Positions 8,511-17,042 of a stretch of DNA of 64,000 nucleotides are shown piece after piece (positions within the stretch are counted from its first letter, which is position 1; the number at the start of each line of letters is the position of its first letter). Origin of the DNA: Terriglobia bacterium (GTDB taxonomy: Bacteria; Acidobacteriota; Polarisedimenticolia; Polarisedimenticolales; JAIQFR01); contig CAVVHE010000004.1 in assembly GCA_963748015.1 (NCBI GenBank), positions 384,001 through 448,000 on the forward strand, written 5' to 3'. The notes below the pieces were generated by a model. It worked only from the letters and a program-made list of their open reading frames with translations, had not been told where the DNA came from and did no database searches. The translations under genes and the position numbers were made by a program.

Positions 8511-10397
8511 ATGGGAGACTCCCCGGGCTCGTCCCTCGATCGCCTGAGGGAGCGCCACCCCGACAAGTTCGCCCCCCGAGAGCGGATCTTCGCCAACATT
8601 CGCCGGGGCGACCGGATCTTCGTCGGCACGGCCTGCGCCGAGCCGCAGCACCTCGTCGCGGCCCTGGCCGAGCACGTCCTCGGCAATCCCGTCGCGGCCG
8701 CCGACGCCGAGATCCTGCAGTTCTGGACGCTCGGCGTCACCGCGCGCGCCGGCCTGCCCGCCAACGTCCGCCACAACTCGTTCTTCATCGGGAACGGCAT
8801 CCGCGACGCGGTCAACAGCGGCCTGGCGGACTACACGCCGATCTTCCTGTCCCAGCTTCCCGACCTCATCCGCGGGCGGCTCGTACCCATCGACGTGGCC
8901 CTTATCCAGGTCTCGCTCCCGGACGACCACGGGTACTTCAGCCTCGGCATCAGCGTGGACATCGTGAAGGCGGCGGTGGAGCACGCCGCGCTGGTCATCG
9001 CCCAGGTGAACCCCCGCATGCCGCGGGTCTACGGCGACGGGTTCGTGTCCGCGGAGGAGATCGACTTCCTCGTCGTCCACGACGAGCCGCTGCTCGAGTT
9101 CGAGGCGAAGGTGCCCGACGAGATCGCGCGCCGCGTGGGACGGTACGTCGCGAGGATCGTGCAGGACGGCGACACGATCCAGGTCGGGTACGGCAGCCTC
9201 CCGAACGCGATCCTCTCGGCCCTCGGCGGGAAGAAGCACCTCGGGGTCCACACGGAGTTGCTCACGGACGGCATCGCGGACCTGATCCGGCTCGGGGTCG
9301 TGGACAATTCCCGCAAGACGCTCGACCGCGGGAGGACGGTCGCGAGCTTCTGCATGGGGCGGACGGCGACCTACGACTTCGTGGACGACAACCCCGCCGT
9401 CGAGTTCCGGGGGATCGACTACACCAACGACCCGCTCGTGATCTCTCGTCACGAGAACATGACCGCGATCAACAGCGCCCTCGAGATCGACCTCACCGGG
9501 CAGGCCACGCGCCGAGTCGATCGGCATGACCTTCTACAGCGGGATCGGCGGGCAGGCGGACTTCATGCGCGGCGCGATCCTCGCGCGCGGCGGGAAGACG
9601 ATCCTCGCGCTCCAGTCCACGGCCGAGCACGGCGAGGTCTCCAGGATCGTTCCGTTCGTGCGGCAGGGCGCGGGAGTGACGCTCAACCGCGGCGACATCC
9701 AGTACGTCGTCACCGAGTACGGCATCGCCCACCTGCACGGCAAGAACATCCGGGAGCGGGCCATGGCGCTGATCGCCATCGCGCACCCGAGGTTCAGGCC
9801 GTGGCTGGTCGTGGCAGGCGAAGGAGCTGAGCCTGATCTACCGGGACCAGGCGTTCATCCCGGGGAAGAGCGGGGAGTACCCCGAGCACCTCGAGGCCCG
9901 CAAGACGACCCGCACCGGCCTCGCGCTCCTCCTGCGCCCCGTCCGGATCACCGACGAGCCCCTTCTCAAGGAGTTCTTCTACTCGCTGTCCGACCGGAGC
10001 CTCTACACGCGGTTCATGACGGCCCGCAAGGAGATGCCGCACGAGCAGCTCCAGGATTACACCGTCATCGACTACACGAGGGAGATGGTCATCCTCGCGG
10101 TGGTCGAGCAGGACCGCCAGGAGACCGTGGTCGGGCTCGCGGAGTACTACCTCGACGAGGACACGCTCTCGGCGCAACGTCGCGTTCACCGTCCGCGACC
10201 CGTATCAGAACAAGGGCATCGGGACCGAATTACTCGCCTATCTCGCCTACCTGGCGAAGCGCGAGGGGCTCCACACGCTGACCGCGGAGGTCCTCGCGGA
10301 GAACAAGGCCATGCTGAAGGTCTTCGGCAAGCTCGGCCTCCCCACCGAGACGACCGCTCTCGAGCGCACGTTCGAGCTGCGCATCGCCCTCAAGTAG
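8511..10397 (+). pseudogene. Acetyl-CoA hydrolase/CoA-transferase fused to C-terminal GNAT acetyltransferase; three +1 frameshifts (about 9510, 9812, 10175), possibly sequencing errors
   Basis: SLGISVD, TIQVGYG, HLGVHTE (catalytic Glu), SALEIDLTGQ, GIGGQADFMRGA, VVTEYGIA, IAHPRFR, then LLRPV...SLYTRF...VAFTVRDPYQNKGIG...NKAMLKVF. Removing one base at each site gives a continuous ORF ending at TAG 10395-10397. Confidence 0.85.
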
Positions 10398-10506
10398 CCG
10401 CCGCGTCTTCTCGGCTCGTCCCGGCCCTTACTCGCCCTTTTCCGCCCGCCGCGCGTGTGCTAATTTGCTCCGCCCGGTGCGGATCGAACCTACGAAGGGG
10501 GCCAGC

Positions 10507-12213
10507 GTGTCAAGTCACGACTTCGACTACGAGCGCCTCCGGCGCGAGGTCAGCTGGGACCTCGCACGCCGCGAGCTGGGTCTCGGCGACGGGAAGCCCG
10601 TCAACCTCTCCCACATTTGCGTGGACCGCAACGTCGAGCTCGGGCGCGGCGAGAAGCTCGCGCTCATCCACGAGAACCACGGGGGAGACGTCCGCCGGTT
10701 CACCTACCGCGACCTGATGCGCCTCACCAACGGCTGGGCGGCGTTCCTCTCGCAGCAGGGCGTCCGCAGCCTCGACCGGGTCTGCGTCTTCCTCGACCGG
10801 ATCCCCGAGCTGTACATCGGCTTCATGGGCATCCTCAAGACCGGCGCGGTCGTGCAGCCGCTCTTCTCGGCCTTCGGCGAGGAGGCGTTCTTCCAGCGGG
10901 CGTCCGACAGCAACGCCGTCGCGGTCATCACGCAGCACAAGCACCTGGGCAAGGTGCGGAAGATCCGCGAACGGCTGCCCGACCTCAGGACCGTGATCGT
11001 GGTGGACCACGACGAGACGAAGCGCAGGCTCCGCGAGGGAGAGGTAGCGTACTCGATGATGGACCACGCCATCGACGAGCACCCGGTGTTCCGCACCCAT
11101 GCGGAGAGCCCGAGCGTCCTGCACTACACCAGCGGCACGACGGGCAAGCCCAAGGGGGCGCTCCACGTGCACTCGAGCATCCTCGCGCAGTACCTGACGA
11201 CGAAGATGGTGCTCGACCTCAGGGACGACGACGTCTACTGGTGCACCGCCGACCCCGGGTGGGTGACCGGGACGAGCTACGGGATCATCGGGCCGTGGGC
11301 GATGGGCGTGACGCAGGTGGTCCTCGACGCGGGCTTCTCCAGCGACCGCTGGTACGCGACGATGGAGAAGCACCGCGTCACGGTCTGGTACACCGCTCCG
11401 ACCGCGATCCGGATGCTGATGAAGGACGGGATCGACCCGGTCAAGCGCCACGACCTCTCGTCGCTCCGGCACATGTGCAGCGTCGGCGAGCCCCTGAACC
11501 CGGAAGGGGTCCACTGGGGGCGCGCGGCATTCGGGCTCGACTTCCACGACACCTTCTGGCAGACCGAGACCGGCGCGATCGTGATCACGAACCTCCCCGG
11601 CATGCCGGTGAAGCCGGGAAGCATGGGGCGGCCGTTCCCCGCGCTCGTCGCGACGGTGGTGGATGCCGTGACCGGGGAGCCGATCACGGTTCCCGGCCGC
11701 GTCGGGATGATCGCCGTCCGTCCGCCGTGGCCGAGCCTGATGCGCACCTACTGGAACAACACGGCGACCTACCTGAAGAAGTTCCTGAACGGCTGGTACA
11801 TCTGCGGCGACCGCGCGAGCCTGGACGCCGAGGGGTACTTCTGGTTCTCGGGGCGGGACGACGACGTGATCAACACCGGCGGGCACCTGGTCGGCCCGTT
11901 CGAGATCGAGAGCGCCCTGCTCGAGCACCCGGCGGTGGCCGAGTCGGCGGCCATCGGCAAGCCGGACCCGATCAACATGGAGGTCGTCAAGGCGTTCGTC
12001 GCCTTGAAGCCCGGCTTCGAGCCCGGGGGGGACCTCGAGCTCGACATCATGAACTTCATCCGCAAGCGGCTCTCGCCGCTCGCGATGCCGCAAGAGATCG
12101 AGTTCCTCGACCGGCTCCCGAAGACGCGAAGCGGCAAGATCATGCGCCGCATGCTGAAGGCGAAGGAGACGGGGCAGGAGGTGGGGGACACCAGCACGCT
12201 CGACGACGAATGA
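10507..12213 (+). CDS. acsA: Acetate--CoA ligase-like AMP-forming acyl-activating enzyme
   Basis: YTSGTTGKPKG, WCTADPGWVTG, SVGEPLNP, DTFWQTETG, GRDDD, LPKTRSGKIMRR; GTG start after AAGGGG. Confidence 0.88.
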   Translation: MSSHDFDYERLRREVSWDLARRELGLGDGKPVNLSHICVDRNVELGRGEKLALIHENHGGDVRRFTYRDLMRLTNGWAAFLSQQGVRSLDRVCVFLDRIPELYIGFMGILKTGAVVQPLFSAFGEEAFFQRASDSNAVAVITQHKHLGKVRKIRERLPDLRTVIVVDHDETKRRLREGEVAYSMMDHAIDEHPVFRTHAESPSVLHYTSGTTGKPKGALHVHSSILAQYLTTKMVLDLRDDDVYWCTADPGWVTGTSYGIIGPWAMGVTQVVLDAGFSSDRWYATMEKHRVTVWYTAPTAIRMLMKDGIDPVKRHDLSSLRHMCSVGEPLNPEGVHWGRAAFGLDFHDTFWQTETGAIVITNLPGMPVKPGSMGRPFPALVATVVDAVTGEPITVPGRVGMIAVRPPWPSLMRTYWNNTATYLKKFLNGWYICGDRASLDAEGYFWFSGRDDDVINTGGHLVGPFEIESALLEHPAVAESAAIGKPDPINMEVVKAFVALKPGFEPGGDLELDIMNFIRKRLSPLAMPQEIEFLDRLPKTRSGKIMRRMLKAKETGQEVGDTSTLDDE

Positions 12214-12248
12214 CGGAGGCCGCCCGGCGACCATTTAGGAGACGACTC

Positions 12249-12500
12249 ATGAAGGACATGATCCTGGACTACATCCGCAAGGAATACCTCGACGAGGAGG
12301 ACGCGGAGAGCATGGAGCTCGACGAGAACACCCCGCTCATCAGCAGCGGCATCGTCGACAGCTTCAGCATGGTGAGCCTCAAGCGATTCCTGGAGAAGAA
12401 GTGCTCGATCAGCATTCCCGACGACCAGGCGACGCCCGAGGCCTTCGACACGGTGAGCCGGATCATGGAGCTGGTCCTCCGGTTCCAGAAGGGCGCGTGA
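12249..12500 (+). CDS. Acyl carrier protein (phosphopantetheine-binding)
   Basis: 83 aa acidic protein MKDMILDYIRKEYL...TPLISSGIVDSFSMVSL...PEAFDTV with the GxxDS attachment motif; RBS AGGAGA. It lies at the end of a long shadow ORF in the supplied track. Confidence 0.9.
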   Translation: MKDMILDYIRKEYLDEEDAESMELDENTPLISSGIVDSFSMVSLKRFLEKKCSISIPDDQATPEAFDTVSRIMELVLRFQKGA

Positions 12501-12501
12501 A

Positions 12502-13749
12502 ATGGCCTACCCCGAGACGTTCCAGCAGGCTTTCCGGACGGAGCTCGATTCCATTCGTGGACAGGGGCTGTTCAAGGAGGAGCGCTTCATCCACTCCCCG
12601 CAGTCGTCCGGCATCCTGGTGGAGTTCCCGGCCGGGGCCGAGCCCAAGCGGGTCGTGAACCTCTGCTCCAACAACTACCTCGGGCTCTCGAGCCACCCGG
12701 ACGTGATCGCCGCGGCGCATCGCGGCCTCGACGAGCGGGGGTACGGCATGTCGAGCGTCCGGTTCATCTGCGGGACGCAGGACGTGCACCGTGAGCTCGA
12801 GCGCGCGCTCACCCGCTACCTCGGCACCGAGGACACCATCCTGTTCCCGAGCTGCATGGACGCCAACGCGGGTGTGTTCGAGGCGATCCTCGGGCCCGAC
12901 GACGTGATGATCTCGGATCGGCTGGTCCACGCGAGCATCATCGACGGCATCCGCCTGTCGAAGGCGATGCACGATACCTACAAGCACGCCGACATGGCCC
13001 ACCTGGAGGAGAAGCTGCAGGAGCACCAGGACCGGAGGGTCCGGCTGATCATCACCGACGGCGTGTTCTCGATGGACGGCGACCTGGCGCCGCTCGACCG
13101 GATCGTGGAGCTCGCGGAGAAGTACAACGCGATGGTGTTCGTCGACGACAGTCACGCCAGCGGCTTCATCGGCAAGACCGGGCGGGGGACCCACGAGCAC
13201 TTCGGCGTTCTGGGCAAGATGGACATCATCACCACCACGCTCGGGAAAGGGCTCGGGGGCGCTTCCGGCGGCTGCGTGTCGGGCCGGAAGGAGATCGTCG
13301 AGCTGTGCCGACAGCGGGCCCGTCCGTACCTCTTCAGCAACGCGGTGCCGCCGCCCATCGCGTGCGCCGCGCTCAAGGTGCTCGAGATCTTGAGCTCGAA
13401 CACCGAGCGCCGCGACAAGCTGGAGGTCAATACGAAATTCTGGAGGAAGGGACTCAAGGAGGCGGGCTTCGTGATCAAGGACGGGGAGAGCCCGATCGTC
13501 CCGATCATGCTCTTCAACGCGAAGCTGAGCCAGGACGTCTCGCGGGACCTGTTCCGCGAGGGAATCTATGCCGTCGGGTTCTTCTTCCCGGTGGTCCCCG
13601 CCGGGCAGGCGCGCATCCGGACGCAGTTGTCCGCCGACCACGACCTCGCGATGCTCGAGAACGCCCTGGTCGCCTTCAAGAAGGTGGGCGAGAAGCACGG
13701 GATCCTCGGCCTCGACAAGAAGGGGATCATCGCGAAGTACGGCAGCTGA
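12502..13749 (+). CDS. kbl: PLP alpha-oxoamine synthase, glycine C-acetyltransferase-like (paralog 1)
   Basis: NLCSNNYLGL, GMSSVRFICGT, HASIIDG, TDGVFSMDG, DDSHASG, TLGKGLGG (PLP Lys), RPYLFSN, ARIRTQ. Confidence 0.88.
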   Translation: MAYPETFQQAFRTELDSIRGQGLFKEERFIHSPQSSGILVEFPAGAEPKRVVNLCSNNYLGLSSHPDVIAAAHRGLDERGYGMSSVRFICGTQDVHRELERALTRYLGTEDTILFPSCMDANAGVFEAILGPDDVMISDRLVHASIIDGIRLSKAMHDTYKHADMAHLEEKLQEHQDRRVRLIITDGVFSMDGDLAPLDRIVELAEKYNAMVFVDDSHASGFIGKTGRGTHEHFGVLGKMDIITTTLGKGLGGASGGCVSGRKEIVELCRQRARPYLFSNAVPPPIACAALKVLEILSSNTERRDKLEVNTKFWRKGLKEAGFVIKDGESPIVPIMLFNAKLSQDVSRDLFREGIYAVGFFFPVVPAGQARIRTQLSADHDLAMLENALVAFKKVGEKHGILGLDKKGIIAKYGS

Positions 13750-13789
13750 CGGCGTGCGCATGGGCGTCGCGGACGCACGGGTGGCCCGG

Positions 13790-15217
13790 ATGAGCGACGT
13801 CGAAGCCTACGCCGACGAGATCGTGGGGCGGGCGCGGGAGGCGGCCGGCGCCTTTCGCGCCCTCGACCAGGAGGCGACGGACCGGATCGTCGAGGCCGTG
13901 TTCCGCGCGGCCTTCGACGCCCGGATCGAGCTCGGGCGACTCGCCGTCGAGGAGACCGGCATCGGTCTCTTCGAGCACAAGGTCGTCAAGAACGCCTGGG
14001 CCAGCCTGCTCGTCTACGAGCACCTGAGGTCGCGGCGGACGGTGGGGATCCTCTCCCACGACACGGAGCGCGGGATCACCGAGATCGCGCAGCCGATAGG
14101 CCCGATCCTCGGCCTCGTCCCGGTCACGAACCCGACCTCGACGACGATTTTCAAGTCGCTGATCTGTCTCAAGACCCGCAACCCGGTCATCTTCAGCTTC
14201 CACGGCGGGGCGCGCTCGTGCTGCCGAAGGACCGCGGGGATCCTGAAGGACGCGGCGGAGTCGGCCGGCGCGCCTCCCCACGCGATCCAGTGGATCCAGC
14301 GGGCGCAGGCCGCCTCCCTCGATGCGGTGATGCGTCACCGCGGCCTCGCGCTGATCCTCGCCACGGGAACCGCGCCGCTGGTGCGGAGGGCGCAGCAGTC
14401 GGGCACCCCCACGCTGGGCGTCGGGCCCGGCAACGTTCCGGTCTACGTGCACCACTCCGCGGACCTCTCCTTCGCCGCGAAGATGATCGTTCACTCGAAG
14501 ACCTTCGACAACGGGACGGTCTGCGCGAGCGAGCAGGCGCTGGTGGCGGAGCCGGGGGTCGCCACGAGCCTCCGGCCGCTGATGGAGCGCCACGGGGCGC
14601 ACTTCTGCACGCGGGAGGAGATGCTCGCCCTCGGCCCGGTCTGCTTCGACGCCGAGAGGGGCGCGATGCGCGCGGACGTCGTCGGCCGTCCCGCGAGCGC
14701 CATCGCCGGAAAGGCCGGGTTCCGGGTCCCGCCGCGAACGCGCCTCCTCGTCGCGGAGCCGGACGGGGTGGGACCGGAGCATCCGTTGTCGTACGAGATC
14801 CTGGCTCCGGTGCTCGCGTTCTACCGCGTCGCGGATTACGCGGCGGCTCTCGAGACCTGCCGCGCGGTGACCTGCCTGGGCGGTATCGGGCACACGCTGG
14901 GCGTCTACTGCAACGAGGAGGCGGTGGTCGCGGATTTCGCCGGCATGGATGCCGCGAGGATCCTGGTGAACACGCCGACGACCGAGGGGGCGCTCGGCGG
15001 GATCTTCAACCACCCGCCGCCCTCCCTCACCCTCGCGTGCGGCACCGGTGCGGGAAATCTCACGACGGACAACATCACGATCGACCACCTGATGAACATC
15101 CACCGCGTCGCCCGGATGCGGCCGAACCTCAGGTGGCTGGACATCCCGCGGAGGTCGTGGCTCGACGACAAGGTGGACGCCTCCGCGATCCGCGCGCTCT
15201 ACAACCGCAACTTCTGA
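13790..15217 (+). CDS. CoA-acylating aldehyde dehydrogenase (AdhE N-terminal/EutE-like)
   Basis: PVTNPTSTTIFK, LILATG, GVGPGN, SKTFDNGTVCASEQ, EILAPVL, GIGHT, PSLTLACG. No alcohol dehydrogenase domain. Alternative ATG at 13760. Confidence 0.9.
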   Translation: MSDVEAYADEIVGRAREAAGAFRALDQEATDRIVEAVFRAAFDARIELGRLAVEETGIGLFEHKVVKNAWASLLVYEHLRSRRTVGILSHDTERGITEIAQPIGPILGLVPVTNPTSTTIFKSLICLKTRNPVIFSFHGGARSCCRRTAGILKDAAESAGAPPHAIQWIQRAQAASLDAVMRHRGLALILATGTAPLVRRAQQSGTPTLGVGPGNVPVYVHHSADLSFAAKMIVHSKTFDNGTVCASEQALVAEPGVATSLRPLMERHGAHFCTREEMLALGPVCFDAERGAMRADVVGRPASAIAGKAGFRVPPRTRLLVAEPDGVGPEHPLSYEILAPVLAFYRVADYAAALETCRAVTCLGGIGHTLGVYCNEEAVVADFAGMDAARILVNTPTTEGALGGIFNHPPPSLTLACGTGAGNLTTDNITIDHLMNIHRVARMRPNLRWLDIPRRSWLDDKVDASAIRALYNRNF

Positions 15218-15230
15218 ATCGGTGCGACGG

Positions 15231-16418
15231 ATGAGTCACGCCTTCGAAGACAGGCTCCGGGAGCAGCTCGAGCAGTTCCGCCGGGACGGCGTGTACAAGC
15301 GCTTCAACGTCATCGAGGGGGCGCAGGGGCCGCGCGTCCGCATGGAGGGACGGGGGGAGGTCGTCGTCCTCTCCTCCAACAACTACCTCGGCCTGGCGGC
15401 CGAGCCCGAGGTGGTCCGCGCGGGGAAGGAAGGGCTCGATCGCTTCGGGGCGGGGACGGCGTCCGTGCGGTTCATCTGCGGGACGTTCTCGGTCCACCGG
15501 GATCTGGAGCGGGCGCTGTCGGCCTTCGTCGGAACGGAGGCGGCGCTGACCTACGTCTCGTGCTGGACCGCCAACGAGGGGTTGCTGCCCACGCTCCTCG
15601 ACGAGAGCGACGTCGTCATCAGCGATGCCCTGAACCACGCGAGCATCATCGACAGCGTCCGCCTGTGCCGCGCCGCCCGCCGGGTCTTCCCGCACTCGGA
15701 CATGGAGGGCCTCCGCGAGGTCCTCGAGGAATGCGCATCGGCACGCACCCGGTTGATCGTCACCGACGGCGTGTTCAGCATGGACGGCGACGTCGCGAAG
15801 CTGCCCGACATCGTGGAGCTCGCGCGGGACCACCGCGCGGTGGTGGTCGTGGACGACTCGCACTCCACGGGGGTCCTGGGGCGGACGGGGCGGGGAACGG
15901 CGGAGCACTTCGGCATGCTCGGGGAGGTGGACATCGTCACCTCGACGCTGGGAAAGGCGCTCGGCGGCGCGGCCGGCGGCTTCACCGCGGCGGCCGAGCC
16001 CGTGATCGACTATCTCCTCCAGCGGTCGCGGCCGCAGTTGTTCTCGAACGCGCTGCCCGCGACGGTCGCGTCGAGCGCGCTCGCCGCGCTGCGCCACCTC
16101 GAGGAGCACCCCGAGATCGTCGAGCGGCTCAGGCACAACACGAGCTACTTCCGCTCCCGGCTCCTCGAGCTGGGCTTCCGCCCCATGCCGGGGGACACTC
16201 CCATCGTGCCGATCATCCTCGGTGACACGGCGAAGGCGATCCGCTGCAGCGAGATGCTCCTCGACGAGGGGGTTTTCGTCACCGGCTTCGGCTATCCCGT
16301 CGTGCCCCAGGGGAAGGCGCGCGTGCGCTGCCAGATCTCCGCCGCGCACACGCGGGACGACCTCGACCTGGCGCTCGGAGCGTTCCGCAAGGTCGGAGAG
16401 GTCCTCGGCCTGATCTGA
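15231..16418 (+). CDS. PLP alpha-oxoamine synthase, glycine C-acetyltransferase/BioF-like (paralog 2)
   Basis: SSNNYLGL, ASVRFICGT, SDALNHASIID, TDGVFSMDG, DDSHSTG, TLGKALGG, RPQLFSN, ARVRCQ. Confidence 0.88.
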   Translation: MSHAFEDRLREQLEQFRRDGVYKRFNVIEGAQGPRVRMEGRGEVVVLSSNNYLGLAAEPEVVRAGKEGLDRFGAGTASVRFICGTFSVHRDLERALSAFVGTEAALTYVSCWTANEGLLPTLLDESDVVISDALNHASIIDSVRLCRAARRVFPHSDMEGLREVLEECASARTRLIVTDGVFSMDGDVAKLPDIVELARDHRAVVVVDDSHSTGVLGRTGRGTAEHFGMLGEVDIVTSTLGKALGGAAGGFTAAAEPVIDYLLQRSRPQLFSNALPATVASSALAALRHLEEHPEIVERLRHNTSYFRSRLLELGFRPMPGDTPIVPIILGDTAKAIRCSEMLLDEGVFVTGFGYPVVPQGKARVRCQISAAHTRDDLDLALGAFRKVGEVLGLI

Positions 16419-16527
16419 TCGGGCTTCGTCGTGGGCAGGTCCGAGGGCCTACCTGCTGCGCCGCGACAGGAGGCACCCCGGGACAGCGTCGAAGTTGGCC
16501 CAAGTCAAGGGGCGGGATGCCGAGGTT

Positions 16528-16556
16528 TTGACAGAGCGGCCGCCGTGCCTTACCGT
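16528..16556 (+). promoter_or_regulatory. Putative sigma70 promoter for erpA
   Basis: TTGACA-17 bp-TACCGT. Confidence 0.55.
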
Positions 16557-16628
16557 GGTTCGGCGGGCAGGAATGCCGGTAGCGCGAGGCGTGGTGCCCG
16601 CCCAGGCCGCGCGGGGAGGCTCAAGATC

Positions 16629-16952
16629 ATGATCCAGGTGACGACGGCTGCCGTGACGAAGGTGAAGGAATTGCTCGCGGCCGAGAACCGGCAGGGTTTC
16701 GGGCTGAGGGTCGCGGTGCAGGGCGGGGGTTGCTCCGGATTCCAGTACCGCCTGACCTTCGATGACAACCAGCACGAGAACGATCAGGTGGTCGAGGTGG
16801 ACGGCATCAAGGTGTTCGTGGACGCGATGTCGGGCATGTACCTCGAGGGCGCGAACATCGACTACGTCGACGGGCTCGACGGCTCGGGTTTCAAGATCGA
16901 CAACCCCAACGCGACCGCGACCTGCGGCTGCGGTCACAGCTTCCAGGGTTGA
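16629..16952 (+). CDS. erpA: A-type iron-sulfur carrier (ErpA/IscA/HesB)
   Basis: LRVAVQGGGCSGFQY, IDYVDGLDGSGFKIDNPNA, TCGCGHSF. Confidence 0.93.
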   Translation: MIQVTTAAVTKVKELLAAENRQGFGLRVAVQGGGCSGFQYRLTFDDNQHENDQVVEVDGIKVFVDAMSGMYLEGANIDYVDGLDGSGFKIDNPNATATCGCGHSFQG

Positions 16953-17042
16953 ACCCGCCTCCACCACGCGGCCGGGCCGCCCCGTTTCCCGGTGGCCCGG
17001 CGCGTTGACTCCCGCCGAGTCCGTCCGTTACTCTTGGATGCC

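Noticed and set aside
9500..10180. Programmed ribosomal frameshifting
   Set aside because: No slippery heptamers at the sites, and three consecutive shifts in one gene are implausible.
13790..15217. Bacterial microcompartment locus
   Set aside because: The ALDH is EutE/AdhE-like, but no shell protein genes occur in the window.
12502..16418. Biotin or sphingolipid operon
   Set aside because: No bioA/bioB/bioD or ketosphinganine reductase/ceramide synthase neighbours; both enzymes carry the Kbl-type SVRFICGT motif and the ligase is short-chain Acs-like. Not fully excluded.
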